This document shows, piece after piece, positions 36,481 to 46,894 of a stretch of 49,134 bases of DNA. The notes under the pieces are model-generated. The model searched no databases, was not told where the DNA came from, and saw nothing but the letters and a program-made list of their open reading frames with translations. Both the position numbers and the translations under genes were made by a program. Location of the stretch: assembly GCA_038213805.1 (NCBI GenBank), contig JBBQSO010000037.1, positions 1 to 49,134 on the forward strand, in the 5' to 3' direction. The stretch is from Planctomycetota bacterium (GTDB lineage Bacteria > Planctomycetota > UBA11346). Positions within the stretch are counted from its first letter, which is position 1, and each line of letters opens with the position of its first letter.

Positions 36481-39400
36481 TTAAGGTCCTTCATTTTCGA
36501 GAAGTTGCGATATCGGCTTCTTGGTAGGCGCGTAGTCGGTGCCATTTATAATGACATGGTTGGGATTCGGGAAATTTGCGTCCTTATAGATCGTAACGGG
36601 ATAATAAACTCGCAACGTCCCCAAGGGCGTCCTCGTGGATTCAACCGGCTCAAGAAGGTACCTATAGTGAGCACCGCTTGGCTGAGTGCGCGAATAATCA
36701 GTCATAATAGGAATGTTCCAGGTCGAATAGCCTCGGTACCCAGCGGCATTTGTTGCTTCAATTTGGAAGAATACATTGTCATAGGGAACGCTATCAAAAT
36801 GCACTGAACCGGAATGGTTATAATCCAAAGACCTTGGCTTTAGGGCATTGCCTGGATTATAAAGCAAGGGTATATTTCCCAAAATAATGTCATTGGCTGT
36901 AATCTTAACCGATTGTATTTGCTTTCCCTCTATCGCATAGTCCGAAGATGGATCAGTAATCGTAACATCATAACTAATGTCGATCCCATTTTGGTTTCCT
37001 GAATCGTCTGTTGAAATTGTTGCGGAAACAACAGTCAAATCGATATTGGGATATGGGAGATCCACTGTCGGAGTGTAGTCATTTGATGATTCCGTTTTTC
37101 CGGTCTCTTCGTCGATATAGACGATTCGGGAATCCCATACGGTCACGCTCAACGTTTTGCTCATTCGATGTGCCCCGTTTTCCCCCTTATACGGGTCAGG
37201 ATTTTCTGGACTCGGGCTCTCGAAACCGGGCGTTGGGGAATGAAAGTAAACTGCGCCAAGTTTGATATCTATGTCGCATATCTGCGCCGGTGCGTCACGG
37301 GCAATATCGAGATCCAATTCAAGCGCCTGAACGAGCGACCCATTTTTTCCCTCAACAACAAGACGTTGAGCAACTATTGCGATCTTGCCGCTCCGGGTCA
37401 ATGGATCCGCCTGCGGATCGTAGGATGACGCTGGCTGTGTTATATCGACTCCATTGCCAAGAAAATGCACATAATCGCCTTTTGGATTAAAGTTATTTAT
37501 AGTCAGCGTATCGTTGAGGAAACCAGCCTCAATCCTGACAGTCATAGTAGTACCTGCAAGCAAGACATCTGGACTCAACTTAACAAAGTTTAACCACCGA
37601 AATCCCGCTCGTGAGTTGTAAGCCTTTGCGGGATACGTAAACAGACTTGATGTTCCATAAATTAGGCGAGTGAAGCCAGGATCGATCGCATCGACCATTC
37701 TCGCCGGCTGCCCCGGTACTTGAGAAATGAGCGGGTCGACGATCGACCGGCTAAGCGGCAGCGTGCCGCGCAATGCGGGCTGCCCACTCACCGTCACCAT
37801 TGAAGGAGTCAAAAATTGTACTGAGGCGTGGCTGTCTGGATGAACGCTTTCGACAACCATGGTTTTTTGTGTTGGGTTCGCCCCAATTGCGATGATTCCG
37901 TGGTCTTGGACTTGAATCGGAATCGAGTTAGTTTGAGTTTGCCAGGATGGGGGAACGGAAATCACTGCGGGCGCTACTGATATCTGGGGATCGACCCCGA
38001 CATCGATAGGATTGACAAGAAGACTCGTATATTGAACAACACCATCTGGAGAATCGATAAGCTCCACGTTGTTCACCCTTGCCCCATTCCAATAATCATT
38101 GGGGTCGGTGGTGTAGTCCAGCCATCCATCGCGTATTCCGTCTCTGAAGTTTCCGAGAAGCTGCAATTCGATTTCCGCTAGAGTCACATCGGAACTTTTC
38201 CCAATAATGAATCGGTAGGCATCCTGGGTGGGCGGAAATAGCTTATCGAAAATTGGACGCTCCGACGCGCTTGCGTTATTGCCGTATCCTGAAGTATCGA
38301 ATATATAGTCCTTCCCCCCATGGCCATTAGGCGGTCCGTGATAACGGACGTCTAATCGTTTCCGATTCATGTCGCGTGAAATGGGAGCCGATCTGTTTCC
38401 GAGGAAATCTTCCACGATTACTGTCACCTTTCCGGCCCCCGATCCGGGAATCTCCACGGGTTTGAGTAGCCTCCATCCGGAGACTGAGGGTACCCCCAGC
38501 CCAGTAGAATCGGGATTATTTGGTCCAGAAAGTTCGCGGGGTAGGATTTGGGCATCGTCCACTGAATCTTGCCAGACGACCGCGGCGTCTGGTGTACTGA
38601 CTACCCATCGTGCTGGGCTTATCTCAACATAGGCTCCTAAGCTTGTGTAACGATTGACAAAATCGCCGTACTGGCTCGAAAGGAATGCTCCGACTTGTGC
38701 GGAAGGCTTCTCGCGTTTGACCCACATCTTGAACTGATCGCTTTCGAGAGTGTTTCCTGCCCTGTCCCTGAGGTGCACGTGTAAGGCATAGCGCCCCTTC
38801 TGGGTCAAAAGCGCCAAGGTGTTTGGATCATATTGAACGCTGTCTTCGAGACCGGAGAATCCTGTTATCGTCAAGGTTTGCGCACTTCCATCCGATGAAG
38901 GCTCTGTTGATTGCACCGTAAATGCGGACGAAGACGGTGAAGCGGTCACCGAAGCCTGATCAGTCGCGCTTGAAATACCGCTGTCATCGATGACGGTTGC
39001 CTCTGCCGTGAATCCAGCCGCATCATATACATTCATGTGACGTTTATCTCGTAACGGAATATTTGTTTCGTCAGAATTCGCATTGAGCAAGATCAAGTCT
39101 TGAACATTGGTCGTTGTAGTACGTAGAGGGAATGTCAGGGGATTCGCCAAGGGATCCGAACCGCGCGTTCTGTAGCGCTGCGGAATAGTAAATGCGAGAA
39201 GAGGCGGTTTGGTATCCACGATTAGAACCACTGGCACCTGGGTGGTTCCTTTCGCAATGCTATTTCCATTTGTGGCGATCGCCTGGGCCGTAAAGGAGTG
39301 TCTACCTTCCGCTAAGGCTCCCAATGGTACTATGCCGTTCGTCACGTCATAAATACTTCCATCATCGCTCAATACCTGAGTGGCTGTTATCGCGCCGGGA

Positions 39401-42400
39401 ATCGCCACTGCGGAAACGGATAGCACGACCGGCCCACCGCTATTGTTCGTGAAGAAGACGGACTCCCCATTGAGCTGGCCGGTTCTGTCACCCGTCAACC
39501 CAGATGAAACTCTCAACGTAACCTTGGGAATTCCAGCGGGGAGATTACTGGAATCTCCAGTGATTACTGGCTTACCCGTACTATCGCCGAACGTGATGGT
39601 GGCTGTCGTCGCCGGGCTGATGTGGCCAGAGTCGTCCGCGAAATTCAGGGTCAACGTTGACTGTTGTGATCCCGCAGATGAATTCTCGACATGTGCATCG
39701 AAACCGCCATTTGCGGTGATTTCACCACGAACTGCAGTGAAGGAAGCGGACGCACTGACAAGGAGATGAGTGATGCCGTAGCCATCAGGGACGAAGCCTA
39801 GGGCATCTCCTCCGGCAGTGACTCCCTGGGTGAATTGCACCGATGGCGACGGTAGGTCATCATTGGTAATGGTGTAGAGGAACGTTGCCTGCGATCCGAG
39901 GGTCACTCCCGGTGACGCATCGAGTTGCAAGACGATGGTCTTGGCGAACTCCGGTATCGTGCGGTTCACGACCGTGATCGGGATCATCGCCGAGGTCTCC
40001 CCGGCCGGAACGGTCACCGTCCCGGTGCTCAGCGTGTAATCCGTAGTGGGGTCGGTCGCAGCGCCATTGATGGCCGAGCCACCGGCCACATGGAAAGGGA
40101 CCACGAGGGGCGAGGGGCGCGCCTGATCCAGGATCACTTGCACGCTGACGGAGGTAACCGCGTCATCGCCTTGGGCGGCGGCGGCACCGAACGACACCAC
40201 CGCTGGGCGGCCTGTGCCGTGAATGGTAATTGTGAGCGTCGCCTGGGCGCCGGCGGTCGCATCTTGCAGGCCGGTCAGCTGGAGGGTGAGGGTGCGATCA
40301 TCGGCCGCCCCGCTGGCGAGAATGGTCAGCGGGAGCGAGGTCGAGGTGGCGCCGGGCGCGAGGACGACGTTGGCGGAGGGAAGGATGAAGTCGGTTCCGG
40401 CAACCGCGTTGCCGCCGGCAACCACTACCATGGCCGTGGCGGGAACGCCGCTCGGACCATTGAGACTCAGGGGCAGCGCAATGGTTCCCGCCGTCTGCTC
40501 CGCGGCGACCGTCGCTTGGCTGAAGGCCAGCACTGGGAGCGGATCTGCATCATGGATGGTGAGGACCGTGCTTGCGGTCGCGCCCAGCGTGGCACCAACC
40601 GGCTGGGACAGGGTCACCACCAGCGTCAGGTCAGGATCATGGAGATGATCATCCAGCAGGGTTACCGGCAGCACGACGCTGGGGCTACCGGGTGGGATGG
40701 TGAGTTGGCCTGCGGCCAGGGGCGCAAAGTTGACGCCGGCCTGAGCACTGCCGGCGGTGACCGCATACGCGACCGTCACGGGTAGGCCGCTGGCGGTGCT
40801 CAGGGTCACTGGCAGGGCAATCGTACCCGCGGTCTCGAGTGCCTGGATGGCCCCCAGTTGGAAGGCGACCACCGGAAGGGGGTCGGTATCCACGATGGTG
40901 ACCGTCGCGATGGTCGTCGCTCCCAAGGTGGCATTGGCAGGAGCGCCCAGGGCCAAGGTCACGCTGGTATCCAGGGTATGGATGTGGTCATCCAGCGGCG
41001 TCAGTGCGATCGTCTGGTGGGTGCTGCCGGGAGCGAACGTGAGGGTGCCCGCGGGAAGGAGCACATAGTTCGTGCCCGCGACCGCAGATCCTCCGGTGAC
41101 CTGATAGGCGATGGTGACCGGCAACGGATAGGCATGCGTCAGATCGACGGCGATGAGCGCGGCTGAACCGGCATTTTCCGGAATGGCCGAGCTGGGATCG
41201 GTAAATGCCACCAGCGGCGGGAGCACCGGTGCTGGGGCGATGTCGACGAACGCGAGGCTGGCCCCGATAGCTCCAGGACCGGCAACCACGCTGAGCCGGC
41301 CATCCGCAACCGTGACCCGCGTCGTCGACTCCACCCAATGCCGTGATCCGGTCAGGGTTCCCGCAAGTGCGGACACGCCTTCGCAGAAGACCTGCTCGCT
41401 GGCGATGGAATTGGTGGCGTCGCCGGCAACCACGTGGACGAGGTAGTCGCCATTTGGCACCGCGATCTCCCACAGGGCACCGGCAGGCGTCGGGACGCCG
41501 GTGTCGTAGCGCTGATCTGGGGATGCAGCGCTGGCGCGCGCGAAGGCCGTCGCGGTGGAGGTGGCCCAGCCATACTGGAAGCCATTGCCCTGATCCGCAA
41601 AGGGCTGACCGCTGTCCGGCAGGTAGCCCGCAGGGGCGGGGATTCCAGCCGGCTGGAAATTGACATGGAGTTCCTGGCCAAGGACAGAGATCAGGACCGT
41701 GGCGCTGGTGCTGAGGATCCCATCGCTGGCGGTCAGGCGCAGGCGATACAGACCCGGAACCGTCACGGTCGCCGTGGTCGCCGCCTGGGCTGCGTTCGTG
41801 AATTGCACCGGCCCGGGGCCCGAGTCGGCCGTCCAAGCGACGCTCAGCGTGGAGCCAGCCGGCAGTCCATCGTCGTGAATCGTTCCGTTCAGGACGATCG
41901 GCAACGTCAGCGCCAGGCTCTGCGTGGGTCCCGCATCAACCACGGGTGGCAGGTCAGCGGGGCCGGCATGGAGGCTTCCCGACAGCGAGCTGATGCTCTG
42001 CGCCGGCAGGGTCAGCGTCAGCTGGCCGGCGTGCGGCCGGCGACCGCCCAGGTCCAGAAGACTTGCGGTTTGGCTCGTCCGCACCAGGGCAAGATTCCGG
42101 TCCGGCAGGCCGGTGATGCGCACCCGGGCCGGGCGCGCGCTGGTGTTGATGATCTGCGTCATGAAGGTGTTGCGGCCTTCATCGGCGGCAGCGAACGCCT
42201 GCAGGACGGGAACCGTGGGCGTAGCGGCGACGAGATGCATCCCCGGTGTAAGGCGGTCTGCGAGCTGTTTAACCACCACTCCGGACGGGTAGAGCCGGCC
42301 CGTCGCCGGGTCGGCGAGCGGGAAATCGTTCTGGTAGGACCAGAAGTCGAGCACGGACGCTTGGCCGACGCTCAGCGTGCGCTGCGTCACCAAGGCCAGG

Positions 42401-44823
42401 CGCCAGGCGTTGTCCCACGTCGAGAACGTGCCGGGATTCGTGCGATAGACCTGGGCGTCGTAGCCGATCTCGGTCGCCCATACCGGCAGGCCATGGCTCG
42501 CTGCCAGGGACGCGGCGCCGGCGAAGGCGGCATCGGGACGCGCTTCGGCGTCCCAGGTATGCAGGCCGAGGGCCAGGAGCAGCGGGCGTGCCTGGGCGTC
42601 ATCCAGGGCAGGCGCGGCGTACGGTACGTCGGAGGCGATGCTGGTGGCATCGCCAGCCACCCAGCCTGTCGTCAACCCGCGGGCGCGGAAGCCCAGCACA
42701 GCGCGCACGGCCAGCGGAGCAACCTGGCTGGACGGGACCAGCAGATTGAATCCACCATCCGCTTCATTGAGGGACACGGCCTGGATGTCGATACCGTACA
42801 GGTCGTGGGCATGGAGGAGGAAGGCGGTGATCGCGGCGGTGAAGGGCACCTCCATGCCGGGTGCCAAGGATCTGGCGGTGACCGCGCTCGGATCGGTCAC
42901 CATCCAGTCGGGGGCGTCCCAGATGCTGGCGATGATCGGGATGTGGCGTCGCTGGAGGTCCTGCAGCAACAGGAAGACGTTGTGCACGTCCCCGGCATCG
43001 CTGTAGCCCAGGTCGGGTGCCGCCGGATCGACGGCGACCGGTGCCCAGCCCTTCAGCGGAATTCCGATCCGGGCGTGCGAGGGCGATAGCTGCGCAAGCG
43101 TCGCTGCGCCAACGCTGTCGTTGGGCTGGGCCGAGCCCGTGAAACGGCCATTGGCGAAGTTGCCACCGATGCCAGTGATGGTTTGGAAGCGTGTGGCTTG
43201 GTCGATGGCGATCTGGGCGCGCGTGATCCGATCGTCATCGCGGAGGAGGACAGTCGCGCTGGCAGGCGTGCCGACGGCGACGCCAGACCCTGCTGACACG
43301 GTTACCACCACCGACTGGTTGCCATAGGCGATGGTATCCTGGATGGGCATGACATCGATGGACGCCGAGGTGGCTCCTGCGGGGATGACCACCGTCCCTG
43401 AGAGCGGCACGTACTCGACACCGGGCTGCGCGGTGCCACCGACCGTGTAGGCAACTGGCAGCGAGGCCGAGGTGTCGCCGGTACGGGTGACCACCAGGAT
43501 GCCGGGGCGTAGGTGGCGTTCCCTGGCCACGGCGGGATCAGCGATGATGCCGACCGTCGGCAGCGCTGCGGTCGTCCCGACATACCGCACCCGCATGACG
43601 TGGGCGCCCGCATCATCGAAGCGGCTGCCGGAATCAGCGAAGAAGTCGGTAAAATAGAGGCCATCGGAGCCAGCTGCCAGCCCGACCGCAGTGGCCTTGC
43701 CGGTGCCGACGTATTCTACCAGTGGCACCGGGCCACTGACGAGCTGCGCGTTCCCATCCAGGGTGAATTCACTGATGCGCTTCCCATTCGCGAGCGGGCC
43801 ATTCACCCAATACGAGCCAAACTCGGAGACGAACGCGTGATCGCGCTTGTCGATCGGAAAGCCGCTCCCCGAGAACGTGCTGGCCTGCACGAAGGCCAGG
43901 TTCACCGGGGCATGGGCGGGGCTCCACGTGTAGCACGCGCCAATGGCCATGCTCGCATCGGACCCATCATAACCGAAGGATTCCCCGGAGAGAACGCGTG
44001 CGAAGCGATCGACGGTCGGCCCGTTCTCGACGCTGTAGTGCTGCCCATCCGCGGCACGCCAGTCGCCGCCGAAGGGATTGCGCAGGCCACTGGCGAACAC
44101 GTAGTCGCGGGCGGTGATGCCATCGCTGGCATCGAAGAAGGGATTGTCCGAGGCCGGCGTGCCATCCGCGTTCATGCGCAGGATCTTGCCGCCGAACGAA
44201 TCGAGGTTCTGCGCCAGGAGCGGACTTCCAGCGTCGCCAACATGGACGTAGAGCTTCCCATCCGGCCCGAAGCTCAGTGAGGAAGCCATGTGCGAGGTGG
44301 TGAGGGCGAGCGCCGGCATCTGCAGGATGACGGACTGCGAGGCTGCGGTCGCGCCGCCATCAGTGCTATGGAGGCGCAGGACTTCGGGATGGAGGGCGCC
44401 GCCATCCTGGTAGGCGAGGCTGACCAAGACATCACCGGTCGCTGGTTCGACGACGATGCCGGCCAAGCCGACCTCACCCGCCCCTGGAAAACCCGAGCGG
44501 GGGGCGAAATTCAGCAGACCGGTCGCATAGGTGGAGACATCGCCATCACGGGCCACGACCTTAATGTTCCCGGAGAGCTCCGTGACGTAGAACCACGGCG
44601 AGTCCGGATCAGAGCCAGGGTGAGGAATAAAAGCGATGTCAACCGGCAGGCGCAGGCCGCCGGCCACGGTCTCTACGACATAGCCGTCCTGCCGCGGTTG
44701 CCAGCCGGCTTCGGGCCCGCTTGCCGCCTCTGCCCGGTGGCCCAGGGATGCCGCGCTGAGCGCAAGGGAACCGAGTCCCGCCGCCAGCTGGCGGAGGCGG
44801 GAGGAACGGGCGCGCATCTGCAT
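36481..44823 (-). CDS. Giant secreted multidomain protein (~2780 aa): PQQ/GSDH beta-propeller, Calx-beta, GH30-like TIM barrel, PKD, malectin-like, Calx-beta repeats, unknown C-terminal half
   Basis: Signal peptide; FGPDGKLYV.VGD, GKILR, GLRNPF (GSDH); VTRTGD..L.V.Y..GGTA (Calx-beta); NE and WATE (clan GH-A glutamates); VDAGP..DDGLP; VNFQP..GYLPD. Confidence 0.85.
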   Translation of the reverse strand: MQMRARSSRLRQLAAGLGSLALSAASLGHRAEAASGPEAGWQPRQDGYVVETVAGGLRLPVDIAFIPHPGSDPDSPWFYVTELSGNIKVVARDGDVSTYATGLLNFAPRSGFPGAGEVGLAGIVVEPATGDVLVSLAYQDGGALHPEVLRLHSTDGGATAASQSVILQMPALALTTSHMASSLSFGPDGKLYVHVGDAGSPLLAQNLDSFGGKILRMNADGTPASDNPFFDASDGITARDYVFASGLRNPFGGDWRAADGQHYSVENGPTVDRFARVLSGESFGYDGSDASMAIGACYTWSPAHAPVNLAFVQASTFSGSGFPIDKRDHAFVSEFGSYWVNGPLANGKRISEFTLDGNAQLVSGPVPLVEYVGTGKATAVGLAAGSDGLYFTDFFADSGSRFDDAGAHVMRVRYVGTTAALPTVGIIADPAVARERHLRPGILVVTRTGDTSASLPVAYTVGGTAQPGVEYVPLSGTVVIPAGATSASIDVMPIQDTIAYGNQSVVVTVSAGSGVAVGTPASATVLLRDDDRITRAQIAIDQATRFQTITGIGGNFANGRFTGSAQPNDSVGAATLAQLSPSHARIGIPLKGWAPVAVDPAAPDLGYSDAGDVHNVFLLLQDLQRRHIPIIASIWDAPDWMVTDPSAVTARSLAPGMEVPFTAAITAFLLHAHDLYGIDIQAVSLNEADGGFNLLVPSSQVAPLAVRAVLGFRARGLTTGWVAGDATSIASDVPYAAPALDDAQARPLLLALGLHTWDAEARPDAAFAGAASLAASHGLPVWATEIGYDAQVYRTNPGTFSTWDNAWRLALVTQRTLSVGQASVLDFWSYQNDFPLADPATGRLYPSGVVVKQLADRLTPGMHLVAATPTVPVLQAFAAADEGRNTFMTQIINTSARPARVRITGLPDRNLALVRTSQTASLLDLGGRRPHAGQLTLTLPAQSISSLSGSLHAGPADLPPVVDAGPTQSLALTLPIVLNGTIHDDGLPAGSTLSVAWTADSGPGPVQFTNAAQAATTATVTVPGLYRLRLTASDGILSTSATVLISVLGQELHVNFQPAGIPAPAGYLPDSGQPFADQGNGFQYGWATSTATAFARASAASPDQRYDTGVPTPAGALWEIAVPNGDYLVHVVAGDATNSIASEQVFCEGVSALAGTLTGSRHWVESTTRVTVADGRLSVVAGPGAIGASLAFVDIAPAPVLPPLVAFTDPSSAIPENAGSAALIAVDLTHAYPLPVTIAYQVTGGSAVAGTNYVLLPAGTLTFAPGSTHQTIALTPLDDHIHTLDTSVTLALGAPANATLGATTIATVTIVDTDPLPVVAFQLGAIQALETAGTIALPVTLSTASGLPVTVAYAVTAGSAQAGVNFAPLAAGQLTIPPGSPSVVLPVTLLDDHLHDPDLTLVVTLSQPVGATLGATASTVLTIHDADPLPVLAFSQATVAAEQTAGTIALPLSLNGPSGVPATAMVVVAGGNAVAGTDFILPSANVVLAPGATSTSLPLTILASGAADDRTLTLQLTGLQDATAGAQATLTITIHGTGRPAVVSFGAAAAQGDDAVTSVSVQVILDQARPSPLVVPFHVAGGSAINGAATDPTTDYTLSTGTVTVPAGETSAMIPITVVNRTIPEFAKTIVLQLDASPGVTLGSQATFLYTITNDDLPSPSVQFTQGVTAGGDALGFVPDGYGITHLLVSASASFTAVRGEITANGGFDAHVENSSAGSQQSTLTLNFADDSGHISPATTATITFGDSTGKPVITGDSSNLPAGIPKVTLRVSSGLTGDRTGQLNGESVFFTNNSGGPVVLSVSAVAIPGAITATQVLSDDGSIYDVTNGIVPLGALAEGRHSFTAQAIATNGNSIAKGTTQVPVVLIVDTKPPLLAFTIPQRYRTRGSDPLANPLTFPLRTTTTNVQDLILLNANSDETNIPLRDKRHMNVYDAAGFTAEATVIDDSGISSATDQASVTASPSSSAFTVQSTEPSSDGSAQTLTITGFSGLEDSVQYDPNTLALLTQKGRYALHVHLRDRAGNTLESDQFKMWVKREKPSAQVGAFLSSQYGDFVNRYTSLGAYVEISPARWVVSTPDAAVVWQDSVDDAQILPRELSGPNNPDSTGLGVPSVSGWRLLKPVEIPGSGAGKVTVIVEDFLGNRSAPISRDMNRKRLDVRYHGPPNGHGGKDYIFDTSGYGNNASASERPIFDKLFPPTQDAYRFIIGKSSDVTLAEIELQLLGNFRDGIRDGWLDYTTDPNDYWNGARVNNVELIDSPDGVVQYTSLLVNPIDVGVDPQISVAPAVISVPPSWQTQTNSIPIQVQDHGIIAIGANPTQKTMVVESVHPDSHASVQFLTPSMVTVSGQPALRGTLPLSRSIVDPLISQVPGQPARMVDAIDPGFTRLIYGTSSLFTYPAKAYNSRAGFRWLNFVKLSPDVLLAGTTMTVRIEAGFLNDTLTINNFNPKGDYVHFLGNGVDITQPASSYDPQADPLTRSGKIAIVAQRLVVEGKNGSLVQALELDLDIARDAPAQICDIDIKLGAVYFHSPTPGFESPSPENPDPYKGENGAHRMSKTLSVTVWDSRIVYIDEETGKTESSNDYTPTVDLPYPNIDLTVVSATISTDDSGNQNGIDISYDVTITDPSSDYAIEGKQIQSVKITANDIILGNIPLLYNPGNALKPRSLDYNHSGSVHFDSVPYDNVFFQIEATNAAGYRGYSTWNIPIMTDYSRTQPSGAHYRYLLEPVESTRTPLGTLRVYYPVTIYKDANFPNPNHVIINGTDYAPTKKPISQLLENEGP

Positions 44824-45204
44824 AGTGAAATCCGATTCGTCATGAAGGAGGGGCTGAAACGGGCAGAACCATAGTGCATGAGGGTCCCGAGGCAACCATC
44901 GGTCAATGAGGCAGGTGAGAGAGTCTATGGGGTCGCGCGAGAAGATGCTGTAAGTGCCATGTGAGGAAACGGTTTGGACTTCCTCCCGCGATGGTCCGCA
45001 GTGGGAAGTGAGAGTCGCAGTCTTCCGGGCGGGCGTCAGATGTCGTCCGGCTATCGCGCTGCTTTACAAACGCAACTATCAGTAGTTATACACATGGAGG
45101 GGCCCTTTCCGTCTGCATAGCTGCGCGAATCAGCGGTCCCTCTCCGCCAAGCCTCTCGACTTCTAGGCCCTCGTCCCATCAGGATTTGTGCCGTTCTACA
45201 AACG

Positions 45205-45675
45205 CTAAACGGTCTCATGGCACAGCCACGCAGGCACCTCCGCCCTGACCTCAGCAGGAAGTGCCTCCCGCGCTGCTGCCGGCAGCGCCCCATAGAGCGC
45301 CACGGCTGCGATGCCCGCGAGCTGCCCAGCAGCCTTCGCCACACCCTGGCGTCGGGGGCTATGCAGCAGCGCGGCGTCGATGGCGAGGAGGATGCGGAGG
45401 ATGTCGCCGATCTGCTCGACGTTCAGGTTCTCGGGCGGGGGATTGGGGGTGGTCGGGAAGATGGCCGTGGGGTCGGCGGTGCCCATGCCGGTGCAGCGAG
45501 CGGCCAGCAAGATGGCCGCGACCGGACGCGGACCGTGCTGCCGGAATTCGGGCACGAAGGGCAGGGCGGGCGCCGACTCGGCGCTCAGGGCGCTGGAGAG
45601 GTAGGATCGGTTGACGCCGATCCACCGCGCGGCGGATTCGAGGTTACGGGCCATCCAGGGGGCGGTGGTGCTCAT
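45205..45675 (-). CDS. HTH-containing phage-like protein (possibly Nu1-like)
   Basis: NLESAARWIGVNRSYLS helix-turn-helix pattern at the N-terminus; ATG 45675. Confidence 0.5.
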   Translation of the reverse strand: MSTTAPWMARNLESAARWIGVNRSYLSSALSAESAPALPFVPEFRQHGPRPVAAILLAARCTGMGTADPTAIFPTTPNPPPENLNVEQIGDILRILLAIDAALLHSPRRQGVAKAAGQLAGIAAVALYGALPAAAREALPAEVRAEVPAWLCHETV

Positions 45676-45986
45676 GGGGTGGACTTCAGTGGGTGTGGAC
45701 GGGGAGGACGGAGTCGAGCCACGACAGTGGGCGGTTTGGAGCGCAGATCCGCGGCTATGGGCGCAGGTTCGCGTGCAGGTGAACGGTCCTTGGAGCTGGT
45801 AGCCGCGACGGCTGACGACTGATGGACCCCGCCAGCGGAGGGAGGCTCGGCACACGTGCCCTGATGTGGCCAACACCTGCGCCACGATGGCGCACCGTGG
45901 GCGGTCCTGCGGGAGCGACGGCGCACGCGTTGTTGTTGTTCAGGCCGTTTTCCCCAAAGTTTGCGCGCAAAAAAACCGACCTATGC

Positions 45987-46027
45987 GCGTACCGACCCAT
46001 CGAGCCTGGGGCCGGCCGGGAGGACCC
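45987..46027 (-). other. Lambda-type cos-like packaging site (cosQ + cosN-like)
   Basis: Minus strand GGGTCCT, 22 nt, GGGTCGGTACGC, then GC block and T-run; lambda has GGGTCCT about 23 nt before GGGCGGCGACCT. Confidence 0.4.
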
Positions 46028-46435
46028 GGGAACGGAGTGCGCTGCGAGGTTCCATGTGGGACCCGTTGCGGTCGCAGTGTGGCCACGCTGCGGCGAATGG
46101 GGGTCATGGTCACACATCGCGAGCGTTCGAAGCACGACGGTGGCGAGCAGGGTCACAGAAGTCTGCGGACATTGGCCGTGTGGTGTGCGTTGGCAGCGAC
46201 GGTCGTTGGCCGGATCTGTGACCACCCCTGACGAACGATCGGGCCTGTGGCGGGCCCCCCGGGGCAACGTTGCCCAACGTGTCGGGACTTGGGACGATCG
46301 CGCAGTTGTTGTTGTTCGCAGGTGTGACCATGTGGCGGGGGATGGTGTGTGTAAAAGGGCCTCTCGATCGGCGTAGCCAACCGCTCAAGGGTCCCCCGCT
46401 GAAAGGAACCGTGGCTCGCTTCTTGGGCAGGTGCT

Positions 46436-46852
46436 TCATGACCGTCCTCGCGCGTCGCCATCGGTTGCCACCTGGACGGCGTGGCTCTCGGTGCTGGTGG
46501 GTGCGCCGGTGACGACGGTGATGCGCTGCTGCGACTGACTGAGCACCTGCTCCAGGGTTGGCGTCGTCGCGGGATCCACGGGCTGCTTCTCCCGCCAACC
46601 GGCTCTGGCCTTCAGCCAGAAGATGCAGGCCGCCAACTCACGGCCCTCGGTGGCGCGCTGGAAGAGCGTCTGCGCCACCTTGGCGGTGGCCTTGGCCTCG
46701 CCGTCCTTGAGCTGGTCGTCGTAGTACTTGCGCAGCGTGAGCTCGGCGACGCCGATGATGCGGGCGATCATGTGGTGCGGCACGCCATAGCCGGCCAGCG
46801 CTTCGACTTGGCGACGGCCTTGGGCAGTGGGTTCATAGGGAGGACGACCCAT
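46436..46852 (-). CDS. Phage terminase small subunit-like HTH protein
   Basis: GRPPYEPT..RRQVEALAGYG, IARIIGV..TLRKYY, LFQRA, ACIFWLKARAGWRE; directly after ParB-MTase as in many phages. Confidence 0.7.
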   Translation of the reverse strand: MGRPPYEPTAQGRRQVEALAGYGVPHHMIARIIGVAELTLRKYYDDQLKDGEAKATAKVAQTLFQRATEGRELAACIFWLKARAGWREKQPVDPATTPTLEQVLSQSQQRITVVTGAPTSTESHAVQVATDGDARGRS

Positions 46853-46894
46853 GGGAGCCTTTCGGGCAGTGGGGAAGGCAGACGGCAGCGCGGG

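Noticed and set aside
36481..36545. Frameshift joining the giant protein and the Hint toxin
   Set aside because: The overlap disappears with the ATG at 36479, which has its own RBS and signal peptide
45138..45149. CCCTCTCCGCCA resembling a tRNA-Ser 3' end (second att site)
   Set aside because: Only 12 nt, no intact T-arm, no terminator, no partner in the window
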